A stretch of DNA of 64,000 bases from an uncultured Gemmatimonadales bacterium (GCA_963809895.1 CAWELD010000010.1:224001-288000); one strand, 5' to 3'. Counted from the first letter of the stretch, positions 18,334 through 29,704 are shown. The notes: generated from the sequence alone by a model not told the origin. Translations and numbers: made by a program.

Positions 18334-20352
18334 TCATGACGAGGTCGGTCCGAGGCGGAGGACTCCGACGCTGTCGACGTCGAGCGTCCAGTCCGGGGGG
18401 AGCCATGTGGTGGCCGAGTAGTCCAGGATCAATGCCGGGCCCTCGATCCGGTGTCCGGGGCGCAGGTCCTTCCTCCAGGCGCGGGCCGTGCGCAGGGTCT
18501 CGCCTCCGTACACGACCCGGGCTTCCCCGAGAGGTGGCGGACCTTCGGCTCGCGCCAGCTCGGGGAGGGGGACGTCGGCCCCGGGAGCCGTGGCCACCGC
18601 CCGCAGCGTGACCGCCTCGACCGGCGCGTGGTCGCGTCGGTAGCCGTAGCGCAGTGCATGGGCCTGGTGGAACGCCTCGATCCACTCGGCCGCGGGCACC
18701 CGTAGCTCGAAGCTCTGGCCACGGTAGCGGGCGTCCACGCGCCGTTCCACCACGATGTCGCGACGCTCGATGCCCTCGGCTACCAGCGCCTCCACCGCCA
18801 CCCGCTCCAGCTCGGCGAACACCTCCGACAGCCGTGAGGCGGTGCCGGGATCGTCGCTGCTCGAGAGGACGGAGCGCGACGCCTCGCGGGTCACCGGCGC
18901 CGTGAGAATCCCCCAGGCGGACAGGAGGCCCGGGTCCGGGGGGATCAGGGCGCGGGCGGCGCCCAGGCGGTTCGCGAGCTCGGCCGCGTGCAGCGCTCCG
19001 GCACCTCCGAAGGCCACCAGTGGGAACTCCGCGGGATCGTAGCCCCGCTCTACGGAGATCACGCGCAGCGCCCGCTCCATAGCGGTGTCGGCCACGGCCA
19101 GGACGCCCTCCGCGGCGTCTTCGGCGGTGGCCCCCAGCGCGCGGGCCAGGGCCGCCAGCGGCTCCTCCACCGCGTTCCGGTCCAGGCGGCCCTCCCCTCC
19201 CAGGAAGGCGTCCACCGGAATTCGCCCGAGCCAGACGTGGGCGTCGGTCACCGTGACGCCCTGTCCGCCACGGCCGTACGCGATGGGGCCGGGGTCGGCG
19301 CCCGCGCTCTCGGGTCCCACGCGCAAGGCGCCGCCCGGATCGACGTGCGCCAGGGAGCCGCCGCCCGCGCCCACGGTGTGGATGTCGAGCACGGGCACCG
19401 CCACCGGGTGACCACCGATCTCGAACTCGCGGGTGTGAAGGGGCCGTCCCGGGCACAGGGACACGTCGGTCGACGTGCCCCCCATGTCGAAGGTCACCGC
19501 CCCATCGAATCCGGCGCGTCGTGCCCAGGCGAGGGCCCCGACCACGCCTCCGGCTGGACCGGAGAGCACCGTATGGACCGGCTCCCGCCGGGCGCGCCGG
19601 ACCGCCAGCGTTCCGCCGTTCGACCCCATGATCGCCAGGCGCGTCGCTCCGGCGTCGCGATCCAGGCGGCCGAGGTAGCGGTCCATGACCGGCGCCACGT
19701 ACGCATTGACCACGGTGGTACTGGTGCGCTCGTACTCCCGGTATTCCGGCAGCAGGCGGGACGACACCGACAGTGGCAGATCCAGGGCAGTCAGGGCCTC
19801 CGCGACGGCCTCCTCGTGGGCGGGATCCGCGTAGCTGTGCAGGAGGCACACCGCGACCGACTCGGCGCCACTGTCGCCGACCCGTGCGGCCAGCGTCGCC
19901 AGTTCACCGTCGTCCAGGGGGGTCACCTCCTCGCCCTGGGGGCCCAGGCGGCCCGCAATCCCCAGGCGACGCTCGCGAGGCACCAGCGGAGGTTCCCGGT
20001 GGCCCACCAGCGCGTAGAGCTGTGGCCGATTCTGGCGCCCGATGGCGAGCACGTCTTCGAAGCCCTCGTTGGTGACCAACGTCACCCGGGCGCCTTTGCG
20101 CTCCAGCAGCGCGTTGGTGGCCACCGTCGATCCGTGCAGGAGCAGGAACGGCTCGCCCGCTGCCAGGATCCGGCCGAGACCCTGAAGCACGGCCTCGGCC
20201 GGATCGCCCGGCGTCGACGGCACCTTGAGCGTGCTCAGGCGACGGTCGCGCCACAGGAGCAGATCCGTGAAGGTGCCACCGGTATCCACGGCCACGATGG
20301 TGGACGGGGCCTCGGACGCTGACGTTGACGGGTCGGGAGCGGGTCGGGACAT
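18334..20352 (-). CDS. Hydantoinase/5-oxoprolinase subunit A (HyuA-like)
   Basis: VDTGGTFTD, HGSTVATNALLE, REYERTSTTVVNAY, SGPAGG, DMGGTSTD, VGAGGGS, GPESAGADPGP. Confidence 0.92.
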   Translation of the reverse strand: MSRPAPDPSTSASEAPSTIVAVDTGGTFTDLLLWRDRRLSTLKVPSTPGDPAEAVLQGLGRILAAGEPFLLLHGSTVATNALLERKGARVTLVTNEGFEDVLAIGRQNRPQLYALVGHREPPLVPRERRLGIAGRLGPQGEEVTPLDDGELATLAARVGDSGAESVAVCLLHSYADPAHEEAVAEALTALDLPLSVSSRLLPEYREYERTSTTVVNAYVAPVMDRYLGRLDRDAGATRLAIMGSNGGTLAVRRARREPVHTVLSGPAGGVVGALAWARRAGFDGAVTFDMGGTSTDVSLCPGRPLHTREFEIGGHPVAVPVLDIHTVGAGGGSLAHVDPGGALRVGPESAGADPGPIAYGRGGQGVTVTDAHVWLGRIPVDAFLGGEGRLDRNAVEEPLAALARALGATAEDAAEGVLAVADTAMERALRVISVERGYDPAEFPLVAFGGAGALHAAELANRLGAARALIPPDPGLLSAWGILTAPVTREASRSVLSSSDDPGTASRLSEVFAELERVAVEALVAEGIERRDIVVERRVDARYRGQSFELRVPAAEWIEAFHQAHALRYGYRRDHAPVEAVTLRAVATAPGADVPLPELARAEGPPPLGEARVVYGGETLRTARAWRKDLRPGHRIEGPALILDYSATTWLPPDWTLDVDSVGVLRLGPTSS

Positions 20353-20417
20353 TTTCAGCGGTTCGCCGCCGCGGTCCTCGGGATCCGCGGCGTGGTCGTC
20401 TTCGATTCGAGAGCTTC

Positions 20418-21929
<1,512 letters not shown>

Positions 21930-21955
21930 CGGCCACGCTCCGCGGGACGCCGTCG

Positions 21956-23332
21956 TCAACCGCCCAGGGTGTCCGCCACCTCGGCGTAGAGGCGGATCAG
22001 GGCCTCCGTGCCGCGCTCCACGTTCTCGACGGGGATCCACTCGTCGGGGGCGTGCATGTTGCAGCCCGGGAGCGCGAAGCCCACCAACAGGACCGGGGCG
22101 CCCAGAATCTCCTCGAAGTCACCCACGATGGGGATCGAGCCCCCCTCGCCCACCAGGACCGGCGCCTTCCCGAAGGACTCCTTCAGCGCCCGCGAAGCGG
22201 CATCGAAGAGCGGCCCGCTGGGATCGGCCCTCCAGGGGCGCCCGCCGTGCAGCTCCAGCACCTCGGTGCGCACGCCGGCGGGCGTCACCCGGTCGAGGTG
22301 GGCCCGGACCTGCTGGGCTACCCTGGCCGGATCCTGATCCGGCACCAGGCGGAAGCTGATCTTGGCCATGGCCCGAGCGGGTAGCACGGTCTTGGCGCCT
22401 TCGCCCGTGTATCCCGACAGCAGCCCGTTGACCTCGCAGGTCGGACGAATCCAGAGCCTCTCCAGCGTGGAGTAGCCCGCTTCTCCGGCCAGTGCCGGCG
22501 CTCCCACGCTGTCGCGGAACTCCTCGTCGTCGAAGTCCAGCGCGCGAATCGCGGCTCGCGTGTCTTCGTCCCACTCCAGCACATCATCGTAGAAGCCGTC
22601 GACGGTGATGCGGCCCTCCTCGTCGTGCATGGAGTCGATGATGTGTGCCAGCGCCGCGGCCGGGTTGGGTACCGCCCCGCCGTAGGCACCGGAGTGCAGG
22701 TCGCTGCGGGCCGCCGACACGTGGAGCTCGAGATAGGCCAGCCCGCGCAGGCTGAAGAGGAGCGAGGGCTGCCCCTCGGAGAACATCTGCGAGTCCGAGA
22801 TGATCACTGCGTCGGCGGCGAGGCGGTCCTTCCAACGCTCGACGAAGGGGACCAGGTTGGGCGACCCGATCTCCTCCTCGCCCTCGGCGACCACCACGAC
22901 GTTGAGCGGGAGCGAGCCCGCGCCCCTCAGGCTGGCCTCCAGCGCCTTGACGTGCATGTAGAGCTGGCCCTTGTCGTCGGCGGAGCCGCGGGCATAGATG
23001 AGTCCGTCCCGGATCTCCGGCTCGAAGGGTGACGACGTCCATTCGTCCAGCGGCTCCGGAGGCTGCACGTCGTAGTGGCCGTAGATCAGGAGCGTCGGCG
23101 CATCGGGTCCCGCTTCGCGCCATTCGCCGAGGACCACCGGGTGTCGGGGTGTGTCCATGACCTCGGCATCGAGGCCGGCCTCACGCATCCGCTGGGCGAG
23201 CCAGGTCGCGGCGCGCGTCGTGTCGGCATCGTGGGCGGAGCTCGCGCTCACGGAGGGGATGCGGAGAAAATCGAACAGCTCTTCCTGGAACCGGAAGCGG
23301 TGCTCCTGGGCGAAGCGTATCGCGTCGTTCAT
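21956..23332 (-). CDS. M20 family dipeptidase
   Basis: YGHYDVQP, ARGSADDKG, EGEEEIGS, DLHSG.YGG, GGSIP, HAPDE. Confidence 0.92.
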   Translation of the reverse strand: MNDAIRFAQEHRFRFQEELFDFLRIPSVSASSAHDADTTRAATWLAQRMREAGLDAEVMDTPRHPVVLGEWREAGPDAPTLLIYGHYDVQPPEPLDEWTSSPFEPEIRDGLIYARGSADDKGQLYMHVKALEASLRGAGSLPLNVVVVAEGEEEIGSPNLVPFVERWKDRLAADAVIISDSQMFSEGQPSLLFSLRGLAYLELHVSAARSDLHSGAYGGAVPNPAAALAHIIDSMHDEEGRITVDGFYDDVLEWDEDTRAAIRALDFDDEEFRDSVGAPALAGEAGYSTLERLWIRPTCEVNGLLSGYTGEGAKTVLPARAMAKISFRLVPDQDPARVAQQVRAHLDRVTPAGVRTEVLELHGGRPWRADPSGPLFDAASRALKESFGKAPVLVGEGGSIPIVGDFEEILGAPVLLVGFALPGCNMHAPDEWIPVENVERGTEALIRLYAEVADTLGG

Positions 23333-23359
23333 GGGATCATTCGCGGTCGGGATAATGGG

Positions 23360-23620
23360 GGCCGGCTTCCGCCGGGCCACCGCAAAGAGAAGACGCCGTG
23401 CAACCCTCGGCGGGCGCGCGGCGTCAGAGAACATGCAGGGTGGACGGGTGGTGTGGTGAACGAGTGCCCTGCTTTCGAAACAGCGACGCCCGGCGCTATC
23501 CCGGGCGCGAGGGATTGGTCATCCCTTCGACATAGTGGACCGCCACCGGACCCGGTGTCCGTGGTGGGTTGGACGACGGCGCCGGCCACGCGATTCAGCG
23601 TGGGCCGGCGTCGGTCTTTG
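23360..23620. ncRNA. Candidate structured intergenic RNA (family unknown)
   Basis: Six to seven consecutive hairpins, terminator-like ends on both strands, and a possible + strand promoter TTCATG-17-GATAAT (23328-23356). Confidence 0.35.
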
Positions 23621-23666
23621 TGGAGCTCGCCTGGAAGGGGATCCTCCGGGGACACGGTGCAGCGGG

Positions 23667-23945
23667 TCAGACCAGGTGTCGCACGCCCCATCGGTACGTC
23701 CACGTCATGAGCGCCGCGAAGACCGCGGCGGCGCCCATGCCACCGGGGCTGAGCGAGCGCGGGTCGTAGAAGTGGAAGATCCCGACCCCGAGCATCCCGC
23801 CGATGACCGACGCGAAGGCACCGAGCCCCATGATCACCCCCGTGTGCCCGGAGGTCTCCTCAGGCCGCTTCACCACGGCCTTCATGACGAGGCCGATGAC
23901 GGCCCCCATGACGATCCAGATTCCGATTCCGATCCAGTTCTCCAT
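23667..23945 (-). CDS. GlsB/YeaQ/YmgE-like small membrane protein
   Basis: 92 aa, three Gly-rich TM segments (WIVMGAVIGL..K, LGAFASVIGG). Confidence 0.75.
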   Translation of the reverse strand: MENWIGIGIWIVMGAVIGLVMKAVVKRPEETSGHTGVIMGLGAFASVIGGMLGVGIFHFYDPRSLSPGGMGAAAVFAALMTWTYRWGVRHLV

Positions 23946-24057
23946 CGGTCCTTTCGTGTTCGGCGTGGAAGGCGTCGAAACTTACCCCTGTGAGGCGGGC
24001 GTGGCCAGCCCGCGCCGCGCTTGTTGACCGCGGCATCTCATGGAGCGAGCATGGAGC

Positions 24058-24543
24058 ATGAGCGACGACCATGTGATCGACCTGTCCGCCTATTTGCGGG
24101 CGAGAGACGGGGGAGAGGCCGACGCCAGCCCGTTGGCCCTGGAGGGCACCGACGGCGAGCGTCGGCGATACGTCCTGCCGCTGTGGCGGATGGCGTATCT
24201 GGCCAGCGCACGTTGGGCCGGACTGGTGCGGCGCGACCCTTCCGGTGAGGCGGAGGCGGTGGTGATCCTGGACCTGCGGCAGGAGCCGCCCCGCCCCGAG
24301 CCGCCGGCCGGGATGCGGGGCCCCGCCGATGCCGACGTGCCCCCCACGTTCAAGGAGCTCGAGGGTGGCGACCTGGCCATGCCGTTGGGGGTGGGCCCCG
24401 ACGGAGCACGCTGGTTCGTGCTGGTGGGGGATCGAGAGGATGGTGGGCCCGTGACGGAACGCCGCGACGACCTGCTCTTCCTCGCCGGGGAGTGTGCCGG
24501 CCTGCTGACGCTGTTGGAGGGATCCAGCACTCCGGCGCGGTGA
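24058..24543 (+). CDS. Hypothetical protein
   Basis: Coding-like composition (VIDLSAYL...DLLFLAGECAGLL), fills the intergenic gap. Confidence 0.6.
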   Translation: MSDDHVIDLSAYLRARDGGEADASPLALEGTDGERRRYVLPLWRMAYLASARWAGLVRRDPSGEAEAVVILDLRQEPPRPEPPAGMRGPADADVPPTFKELEGGDLAMPLGVGPDGARWFVLVGDREDGGPVTERRDDLLFLAGECAGLLTLLEGSSTPAR

Positions 24544-24546
24544 CGC

Positions 24547-25212
24547 TCAGCCGCCGTCCTCGCGGCCCATTCGCCGCTTGAGCTCTTCGAGTCGTGCGTC
24601 GACATCGACCTGCGGCCTGCGGGGCGGCGCGTAGGGATCCACCCTCAGATCGTCGAATTCCCCTCCGATGTCACGGGCGGCGTCGCCGGCCCGCTCCGTC
24701 TCGGAGATGCGCTCTGCCATCCGGTCCAGCTCGTCGAAGAGGTCGTCGGCCTCGCCGAGGCTCTGACGGGCGCCGGTGCGGCCCGCCTGCGCCGCGAGCT
24801 CGTCGCGTCGCTCCCGGGCTTCCTTCACCTTGGCCAGCATCTCCTCGACTTCGGCACGGCGCAGCTCGACTTCCTGCGTCAGAACCGCGGCCTTCTGCTC
24901 CAGTACCTGGTGCCGCTTCCGGTGGCGCTCGGCGTATTCCACCGCCACCGCCACCGTCTCTTCGTCGCCGATGTCACGAGCCATGCGCTCGCGCCGCTCA
25001 CAGGTCTCCACTTCGGCCGCCTCGGCGGCGGTCTCACGGCGGGCCCGCTGGAGCTGCTCCTCGAGTCCCGACAGGTGGGCCTTCGCCTTCGCGGTCTCGT
25101 CCAGCATGCTCTTGAGCAGCCGGTCTACGGTTTCCGGGACCTGATCCCGGGCCAGCTCCTGTCGGAAATTGTCCACGGCTTCACGGAATGCGCGGCGCAG
25201 GTCGTCGAACAT
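24547..25212 (-). CDS. PspA/IM30-like coiled-coil protein
   Basis: All-helical, A...GDEET..VA.EYA motif, C-terminal VDARLEELKRRMG. Confidence 0.7.
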   Translation of the reverse strand: MFDDLRRAFREAVDNFRQELARDQVPETVDRLLKSMLDETAKAKAHLSGLEEQLQRARRETAAEAAEVETCERRERMARDIGDEETVAVAVEYAERHRKRHQVLEQKAAVLTQEVELRRAEVEEMLAKVKEARERRDELAAQAGRTGARQSLGEADDLFDELDRMAERISETERAGDAARDIGGEFDDLRVDPYAPPRRPQVDVDARLEELKRRMGREDGG

Positions 25213-25215
25213 GGC

Positions 25216-25650
25216 TCAGGACTCGGCGAACATCTCGTCGATGGCGTCCCGGATCGCCTGGAGCGAGGCGCCGTCGCGGTGCATGCGATAGGCCGTGTCC
25301 GCCTCCATGAGGCACACGTCACAGCCCGCGGCGTGATCCGACTCGAAGCAGGTGAGCAGCGATCGGTGGCCGAAATGCTCGCTGCAGTCGCAGTGGCAAT
25401 AGAGTCCATCCAGGATCTGAGGGATCTCGACCGCTTCGAGATAGGCGCGGGACACGTCGGGATACGGCGCGTAGCGATCGGCCGGCACCACCAGGGCAGC
25501 GGTCACGTCGGGCCGGGGGTCGGGATGTACCGCGGCGCGGGCGATCCGAGGCGAGAGCAGGCGGAATCCCACCAGCGCCACCAGCACACCCGCCAGGAGG
25601 AGGATCGGTATGGGGATGCCGTTGCGGGCTCGCTTCTTCGTTTGCGCCAT
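25216..25650 (-). CDS. PCYCGC-motif family membrane-anchored protein
   Basis: N-terminal TM, LYCHCDC..HFGHRSLLTCF..DHAAGCDVC. Confidence 0.8.
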   Translation of the reverse strand: MAQTKKRARNGIPIPILLLAGVLVALVGFRLLSPRIARAAVHPDPRPDVTAALVVPADRYAPYPDVSRAYLEAVEIPQILDGLYCHCDCSEHFGHRSLLTCFESDHAAGCDVCLMEADTAYRMHRDGASLQAIRDAIDEMFAES

Positions 25651-25768
25651 CTCCGAGGACTCCCTGACAGGTCCGCTGCCGCGAACCCGGGTACCAAGAG
25701 GGGAAGGATACCGTTCTAAGGTAGTATCGTCTGCCGGGGCGTTCCATTCACCGATGCCCCGCCAATAC

Positions 25769-25804
25769 GAAAGGGGCGCCCACCGTGCCGGTGGCGCCCC
25801 TTCG
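25769..25804 (-). terminator. Intrinsic terminator after ECF sigma
   Basis: GAAAGGGGCGCC-CACCG-TGC-CGGTG-GCGCCCCTTC inverted repeat, with TTTCGTATT following on the minus strand. Confidence 0.65.
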
Positions 25805-25822
25805 CATGGTCGCGTCGCAAGG

Positions 25823-26434
25823 TCAGTTCACGAAGGGACCGATGCGCTGCGCGAACGAGTTCCGGGCGCGATGCAGCCGGCTCTTCACCGTGCCGAGATT
25901 GACGCCCGTGATCTCCGAAATCTCTTCGTAGCTCTTTCCCTCCAGCTCTCGGAGCCGGAACACGAGCTGATGATGCTCGGGAAGGTCGGCCACGGTCTCT
26001 TCCACGAGCTTGCGCAGGTGGCGCTTCCGGTAGAGGTCGTCGGGGCGGAGGTTGAAGTCCTCGAACTGAAGAGGGCGGTGATCGTCGTCCCAGTTGTTGG
26101 TGAGCTTCTGGAAGAGCACCAGAGGGCTCCTGGAGCGATTGCGCAGCTCGTTCTTCGAGAGATTGCTGGCGATGGTGTAGACCCAGGTCGAGAACTTCTT
26201 CGTCGTGTCGAATCGATGAAGGTGCCGGGTCACACGGATGAAGGCTTCCTGGACCAGGTCCTGCGCTCGGTCCGGGTCACCGGTCTTGCGGGTGATGAAG
26301 TGGGTCAGGCGGTCCCGATATCGACCGTAGAGTTCCTGGAACGCACCGGGACGGCCCTCCAGATGCGCCGTAACGAGCTCCTCGTCCGACAACTCGGGGA
26401 GGGGCCGCTGGCGCACCGGCTCTGGGTTGGGCAT
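25823..26434 (-). CDS. ECF RNA polymerase sigma factor (RpoE/SigW-like)
   Basis: SDEELV...AFQELY, AQDLVQEAF, FSTWVYTIA.N, LRELEGKSYEEIS...GTVKSRLHRAR. Confidence 0.93.
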   Translation of the reverse strand: MPNPEPVRQRPLPELSDEELVTAHLEGRPGAFQELYGRYRDRLTHFITRKTGDPDRAQDLVQEAFIRVTRHLHRFDTTKKFSTWVYTIASNLSKNELRNRSRSPLVLFQKLTNNWDDDHRPLQFEDFNLRPDDLYRKRHLRKLVEETVADLPEHHQLVFRLRELEGKSYEEISEITGVNLGTVKSRLHRARNSFAQRIGPFVN

Positions 26435-26498
26435 GTCCGTTCCTGTCGTGGAGGGCAAGTCAGCGTATAATCACGAATGATTCTTGATTCCACCTCGG

Positions 26499-26527
26499 AA
26501 GATGACACCTCGAGGCGGGAAGATCAA
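26499..26527 (-). promoter_or_regulatory. Putative promoter of the ECF sigma gene
   Basis: Minus strand TTGATC-17 nt-CATCTT with extended -10 TGn. Confidence 0.5.
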
Positions 26528-26550
26528 GCCCCACATTTTCACGATTACGC

Positions 26551-27678
26551 TCATTGTTGGATATTTGGACGATTTGTCAGTGCCTCTACCGACGACCCTG
26601 ACGTAAATCCGACGTATACAGCTTTTTCGACCGATAACGGTTCGTCTCGAGTCGCCAGCGCGGCGGTCGCAGCCGCATCCATCTCCTCGGTCACACCGGC
26701 CTCCATCTCGGCCATGACGTCCTGGCCGATCCCACGCGACTCCATGTAGGCCTCGAACAGACCGACCGGATCACGCCTGCCCCAGTGCTCGAAGAGCTCG
26801 GCCGGAAACGTGTCCCGGGCCTCACGCTCGTCGTGGGTCGCATGGCCACCCATGCGGAAGGTCTCGGCCACCACCATGGCCGGACCCTGTCCCTCCCGGC
26901 CGCGCGCTACGCCCAGGCGGGTCGCCGCGAGTACGTCCAGGACGTTGTTGCCGTCCGCTGGAAAGGAGCGCACGCCGTACGCCTCGGCGAGGCGCCCGAG
27001 GTCTCCGGGCCCGTGCTCTTCGGCTCGGGTACCCAACGCCACCTGGTTGTTCTGGAGGACGAAGACCACGGGCAGCCGTTCCACGGCCGCGAAGTTCATG
27101 CCTTCGTGGAAGGCCGCGGTGCGGGTGGCGCCATCGCCGACGAAGGTGAGCGCGACGCGTTTCTCGGCGCGCAGCTTGAAGGCCAGGGCGATGCCGCTCA
27201 CCACGGGGACGTTGATCCCCATGTGGCTGATGGGTTGGAGAATCCCCCGGCTCAGGTCGCCGATGTGGAGGTCGCGTCCGCCTGACGGAGAGCCGGCGGT
27301 GGCGAGGTAGCCGGCGAACATGTCCGCCAGCGGCATGCCCATCATGTGGAGCGCGCCGGCGTTGCGGATCATGGGGCAGACGACGTCCCGGCCCGGATCC
27401 AGGGCCGCCACCGCGCCCACGGTGACCGCCTCTTCACCGGTCCCGAGCCAGGCCTTGGAGATCACCCCGGTGCGCACCCAGCGCTTCAAACCGATGTCGT
27501 GCAGGCGGGTTCGGAGGAGGTCCCGATAGAGACCGAGAAGCTCGTCGCTACCGACGCGGGCGAGGATGGCGGTGCGCTCGGGATCCTCCACGAGGCGTCG
27601 CCGATAGCGGTCCATGATCTCCGGGTCCGGGGACCATTGGACGTATTCCGGGGGATCGAAGGCTGGATATCGTCGCAT
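26551..27678 (-). CDS. TPP-dependent 2-oxoacid dehydrogenase E1 alpha subunit
   Basis: GEEA, GDGAT...FHEGMNFA, LQNNQ, DGNNVL, RMGGHATHD, DPV. Confidence 0.88.
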   Translation of the reverse strand: MRRYPAFDPPEYVQWSPDPEIMDRYRRRLVEDPERTAILARVGSDELLGLYRDLLRTRLHDIGLKRWVRTGVISKAWLGTGEEAVTVGAVAALDPGRDVVCPMIRNAGALHMMGMPLADMFAGYLATAGSPSGGRDLHIGDLSRGILQPISHMGINVPVVSGIALAFKLRAEKRVALTFVGDGATRTAAFHEGMNFAAVERLPVVFVLQNNQVALGTRAEEHGPGDLGRLAEAYGVRSFPADGNNVLDVLAATRLGVARGREGQGPAMVVAETFRMGGHATHDEREARDTFPAELFEHWGRRDPVGLFEAYMESRGIGQDVMAEMEAGVTEEMDAAATAALATRDEPLSVEKAVYVGFTSGSSVEALTNRPNIQQ

Positions 27679-27953
27679 GGGCGAAAGGTAGCCAGCCGGA
27701 GCCTTCGGGCAACGCGGACACAACGAAAGAGCGGGGGAGGGGAGGGGCCCGAGGATGAAATCCAGCCCCCCCAGGATGGATCCACGGCACCGCCTCCGCA
27801 CTCGCCCCGCTCCGATGCGGCGCTTCGCTCACGCCACAGTCGTAATAAACCGGTCGTGCGCCCTGATGTCACTCTCAATTCGGTACGTTTTGAAAAAAAG
27901 TCCGTTGCAGGCGAGATTACGGGTCCCATGATCCACCGCATCGCGTGTTCGCC

Positions 27954-28649
27954 GTGACCTCATCCAACTCCCGCAGCCGTCCACGCGTCGCCGCCGTCTT
28001 CGGCCTGACGCTCCTGGAGGTCCTGCGCGACCAGGACCGTCCCACCGAAGTCCTCCAGGACGAGGACGTGTCGGTGACCATGCCTCGTCGGCTCGGACTC
28101 AGCGACGTCGTGGAGCGCCAGATCCGGACCTATCGGGAGGCGGTCCGAAAGCGGCGCAGGATGTCCGACGACCAGATGCGCGATCTGGTGCGGTTGGTGG
28201 TCCGACGACCGGACGCGGAAGACGTCTTCCGCGTGGCCGGCCATCAGTTGGCCGGTGGTGGAGGCGAGGACGATCCTGAACCCGGTGCCCTGCGCCGGCT
28301 GTTACCGCGCGGCGTCCGCTTCGCCCTGGCCCGGCGACGGGTGCGGCGCCGGTTGCGCGCGCTCTTCGGCCGCCGCGTGGGAGCCTTCGTACCGGGACCG
28401 TTCGCCCTCGAGGGCCGCTCGCTCCTCTTCATCCAGACCGACCCGGGTGGAGACGCCTGCCACTTTCTGTCGGGCCTGTGCCAGACGGTGCTGGACCAGT
28501 CGGTGGGCGATCGGGTACGGGTGGTCCATTCCCAGTGCGAGTCCCGCGGGGATGACGTGTGCCGGTGGTCGGTGGCCGCCGAGGCCCGCATCCGGGACAA
28601 GGAGAAGGTGGGCGAGCTTCTGCTGGGACCCGAGCTGGAGACGGGCTGA
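27954..28649 (+). CDS. V4R (4-vinyl reductase)-domain protein
   Basis: C-terminal ACHFLSGL...VHSQCESRGDDVCRW. Confidence 0.65.
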   Translation: MTSSNSRSRPRVAAVFGLTLLEVLRDQDRPTEVLQDEDVSVTMPRRLGLSDVVERQIRTYREAVRKRRRMSDDQMRDLVRLVVRRPDAEDVFRVAGHQLAGGGGEDDPEPGALRRLLPRGVRFALARRRVRRRLRALFGRRVGAFVPGPFALEGRSLLFIQTDPGGDACHFLSGLCQTVLDQSVGDRVRVVHSQCESRGDDVCRWSVAAEARIRDKEKVGELLLGPELETG

Positions 28650-28701
28650 CGCCGTCTGGCCGGCCCGGACATCGATTTTCCACGAGCCGACAGGATCACT
28701 C

Positions 28702-29172
28702 ATGACGCAGGTTGCCGCGGGCGACACGGCGCCCGACTTCGCTCTTCCCGCCGACGACGGCTCCACGGTGCGACTCTCCGACCACCGTGGCCACAAGGTC
28801 GTCCTGTACTTCTATCCCAAGGACGACACCTCGGGTTGCACCGCCCAGGCGTGCGAGCTCCGGGACGACCTGCCCCGTTTCGACGAGCTGGGTGTGCAGG
28901 TTCTGGGTGTGAGCCCGGACCCGGTGAAATCCCATGTGAAGTTCAAGGAGAAGTACGACCTGAACTTTCCCCTCCTCGCCGACGAGGACCACGCGGTCTC
29001 CCAGGCCTACGGCGTCTGGAAGGAGAAGTCCATGTACGGGCGAAAGTACATGGGTATCGAGCGGAGCACCTTCCTCATCGACGAGGAAGGGCGCATCGCG
29101 GAAGCGTGGCGCAAGGTGAAGCCCCGGGGCCACTCGGACATGCTGCAGGACTACCTGACGAAGGAGGGCTGA
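28702..29172 (+). CDS. bcp: Peroxiredoxin BCP/PrxQ
   Basis: LYFYPKDDTSGCTAQAC, GVSPD, YGVWKEKSMYGRKYMGIERSTFLID. Confidence 0.93.
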   Translation: MTQVAAGDTAPDFALPADDGSTVRLSDHRGHKVVLYFYPKDDTSGCTAQACELRDDLPRFDELGVQVLGVSPDPVKSHVKFKEKYDLNFPLLADEDHAVSQAYGVWKEKSMYGRKYMGIERSTFLIDEEGRIAEAWRKVKPRGHSDMLQDYLTKEG

Positions 29173-29182
29173 CCCCGGGGGC

Positions 29183-29704
29183 TCAGGGCGGCCCCTCGGC
29201 CTTCATGCGACCCTCGACTCGCCGGAGCGTGTCTCCCAGCGCCCGGTGCACCTTGTACAGGCACAGGTCCTGGACGACCTGGCGTCCGGCAGCACGGGCC
29301 TCGGCCGCGGCCTCATCCGCGCGAATGCCCTCCTGGAGCCAGATCACCGGGTGTTCGGGGCGAGCCATGGCCTCGCGCACGATGTCCCCCGCCTCGGCCG
29401 AGGGACGAAAGACCAGGACCATGTCCACGGGCTCCGTCACCTCGGACAGCGAGTGACGTGCTTCCTTGCCCAGGATGCGGTCCGCCGTGGGATTGACGGG
29501 GATGATCTCCGCACCCTTGGCCGCCAGGTACGACGGGATGCGACGGGCCGGCTTGACGGGGTCCCGCGAGATTCCGACCACCGCGATGCGCATGGTCCTG
29601 CGAACGATGTCGTGGATCTCGTCCGCCGAAGGATTGTCCGCGTCGGAACTGGCCCGCAGGGTCGCGTCCAGCGCCGCCCGGTCGTAGGCTTGATTGGTCT
29701 TCAT
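29183..29704 (-). CDS. CoA-binding protein (YccU-like)
   Basis: IAVVGIS.DP.KP, IIPVNP, VDMVLVFR, IWLQEGI, VQDLC. Confidence 0.88.
   Translation of the reverse strand: MKTNQAYDRAALDATLRASSDADNPSADEIHDIVRRTMRIAVVGISRDPVKPARRIPSYLAAKGAEIIPVNPTADRILGKEARHSLSEVTEPVDMVLVFRPSAEAGDIVREAMARPEHPVIWLQEGIRADEAAAEARAAGRQVVQDLCLYKVHRALGDTLRRVEGRMKAEGPP

Noticed and set aside
23535..23620. Trp-Trp codons followed by a terminator-like hairpin, suggesting a trp attenuator
   Set aside because: There is no short leader stop and no trp gene downstream on that strand. trpE is 2-3 kb upstream.
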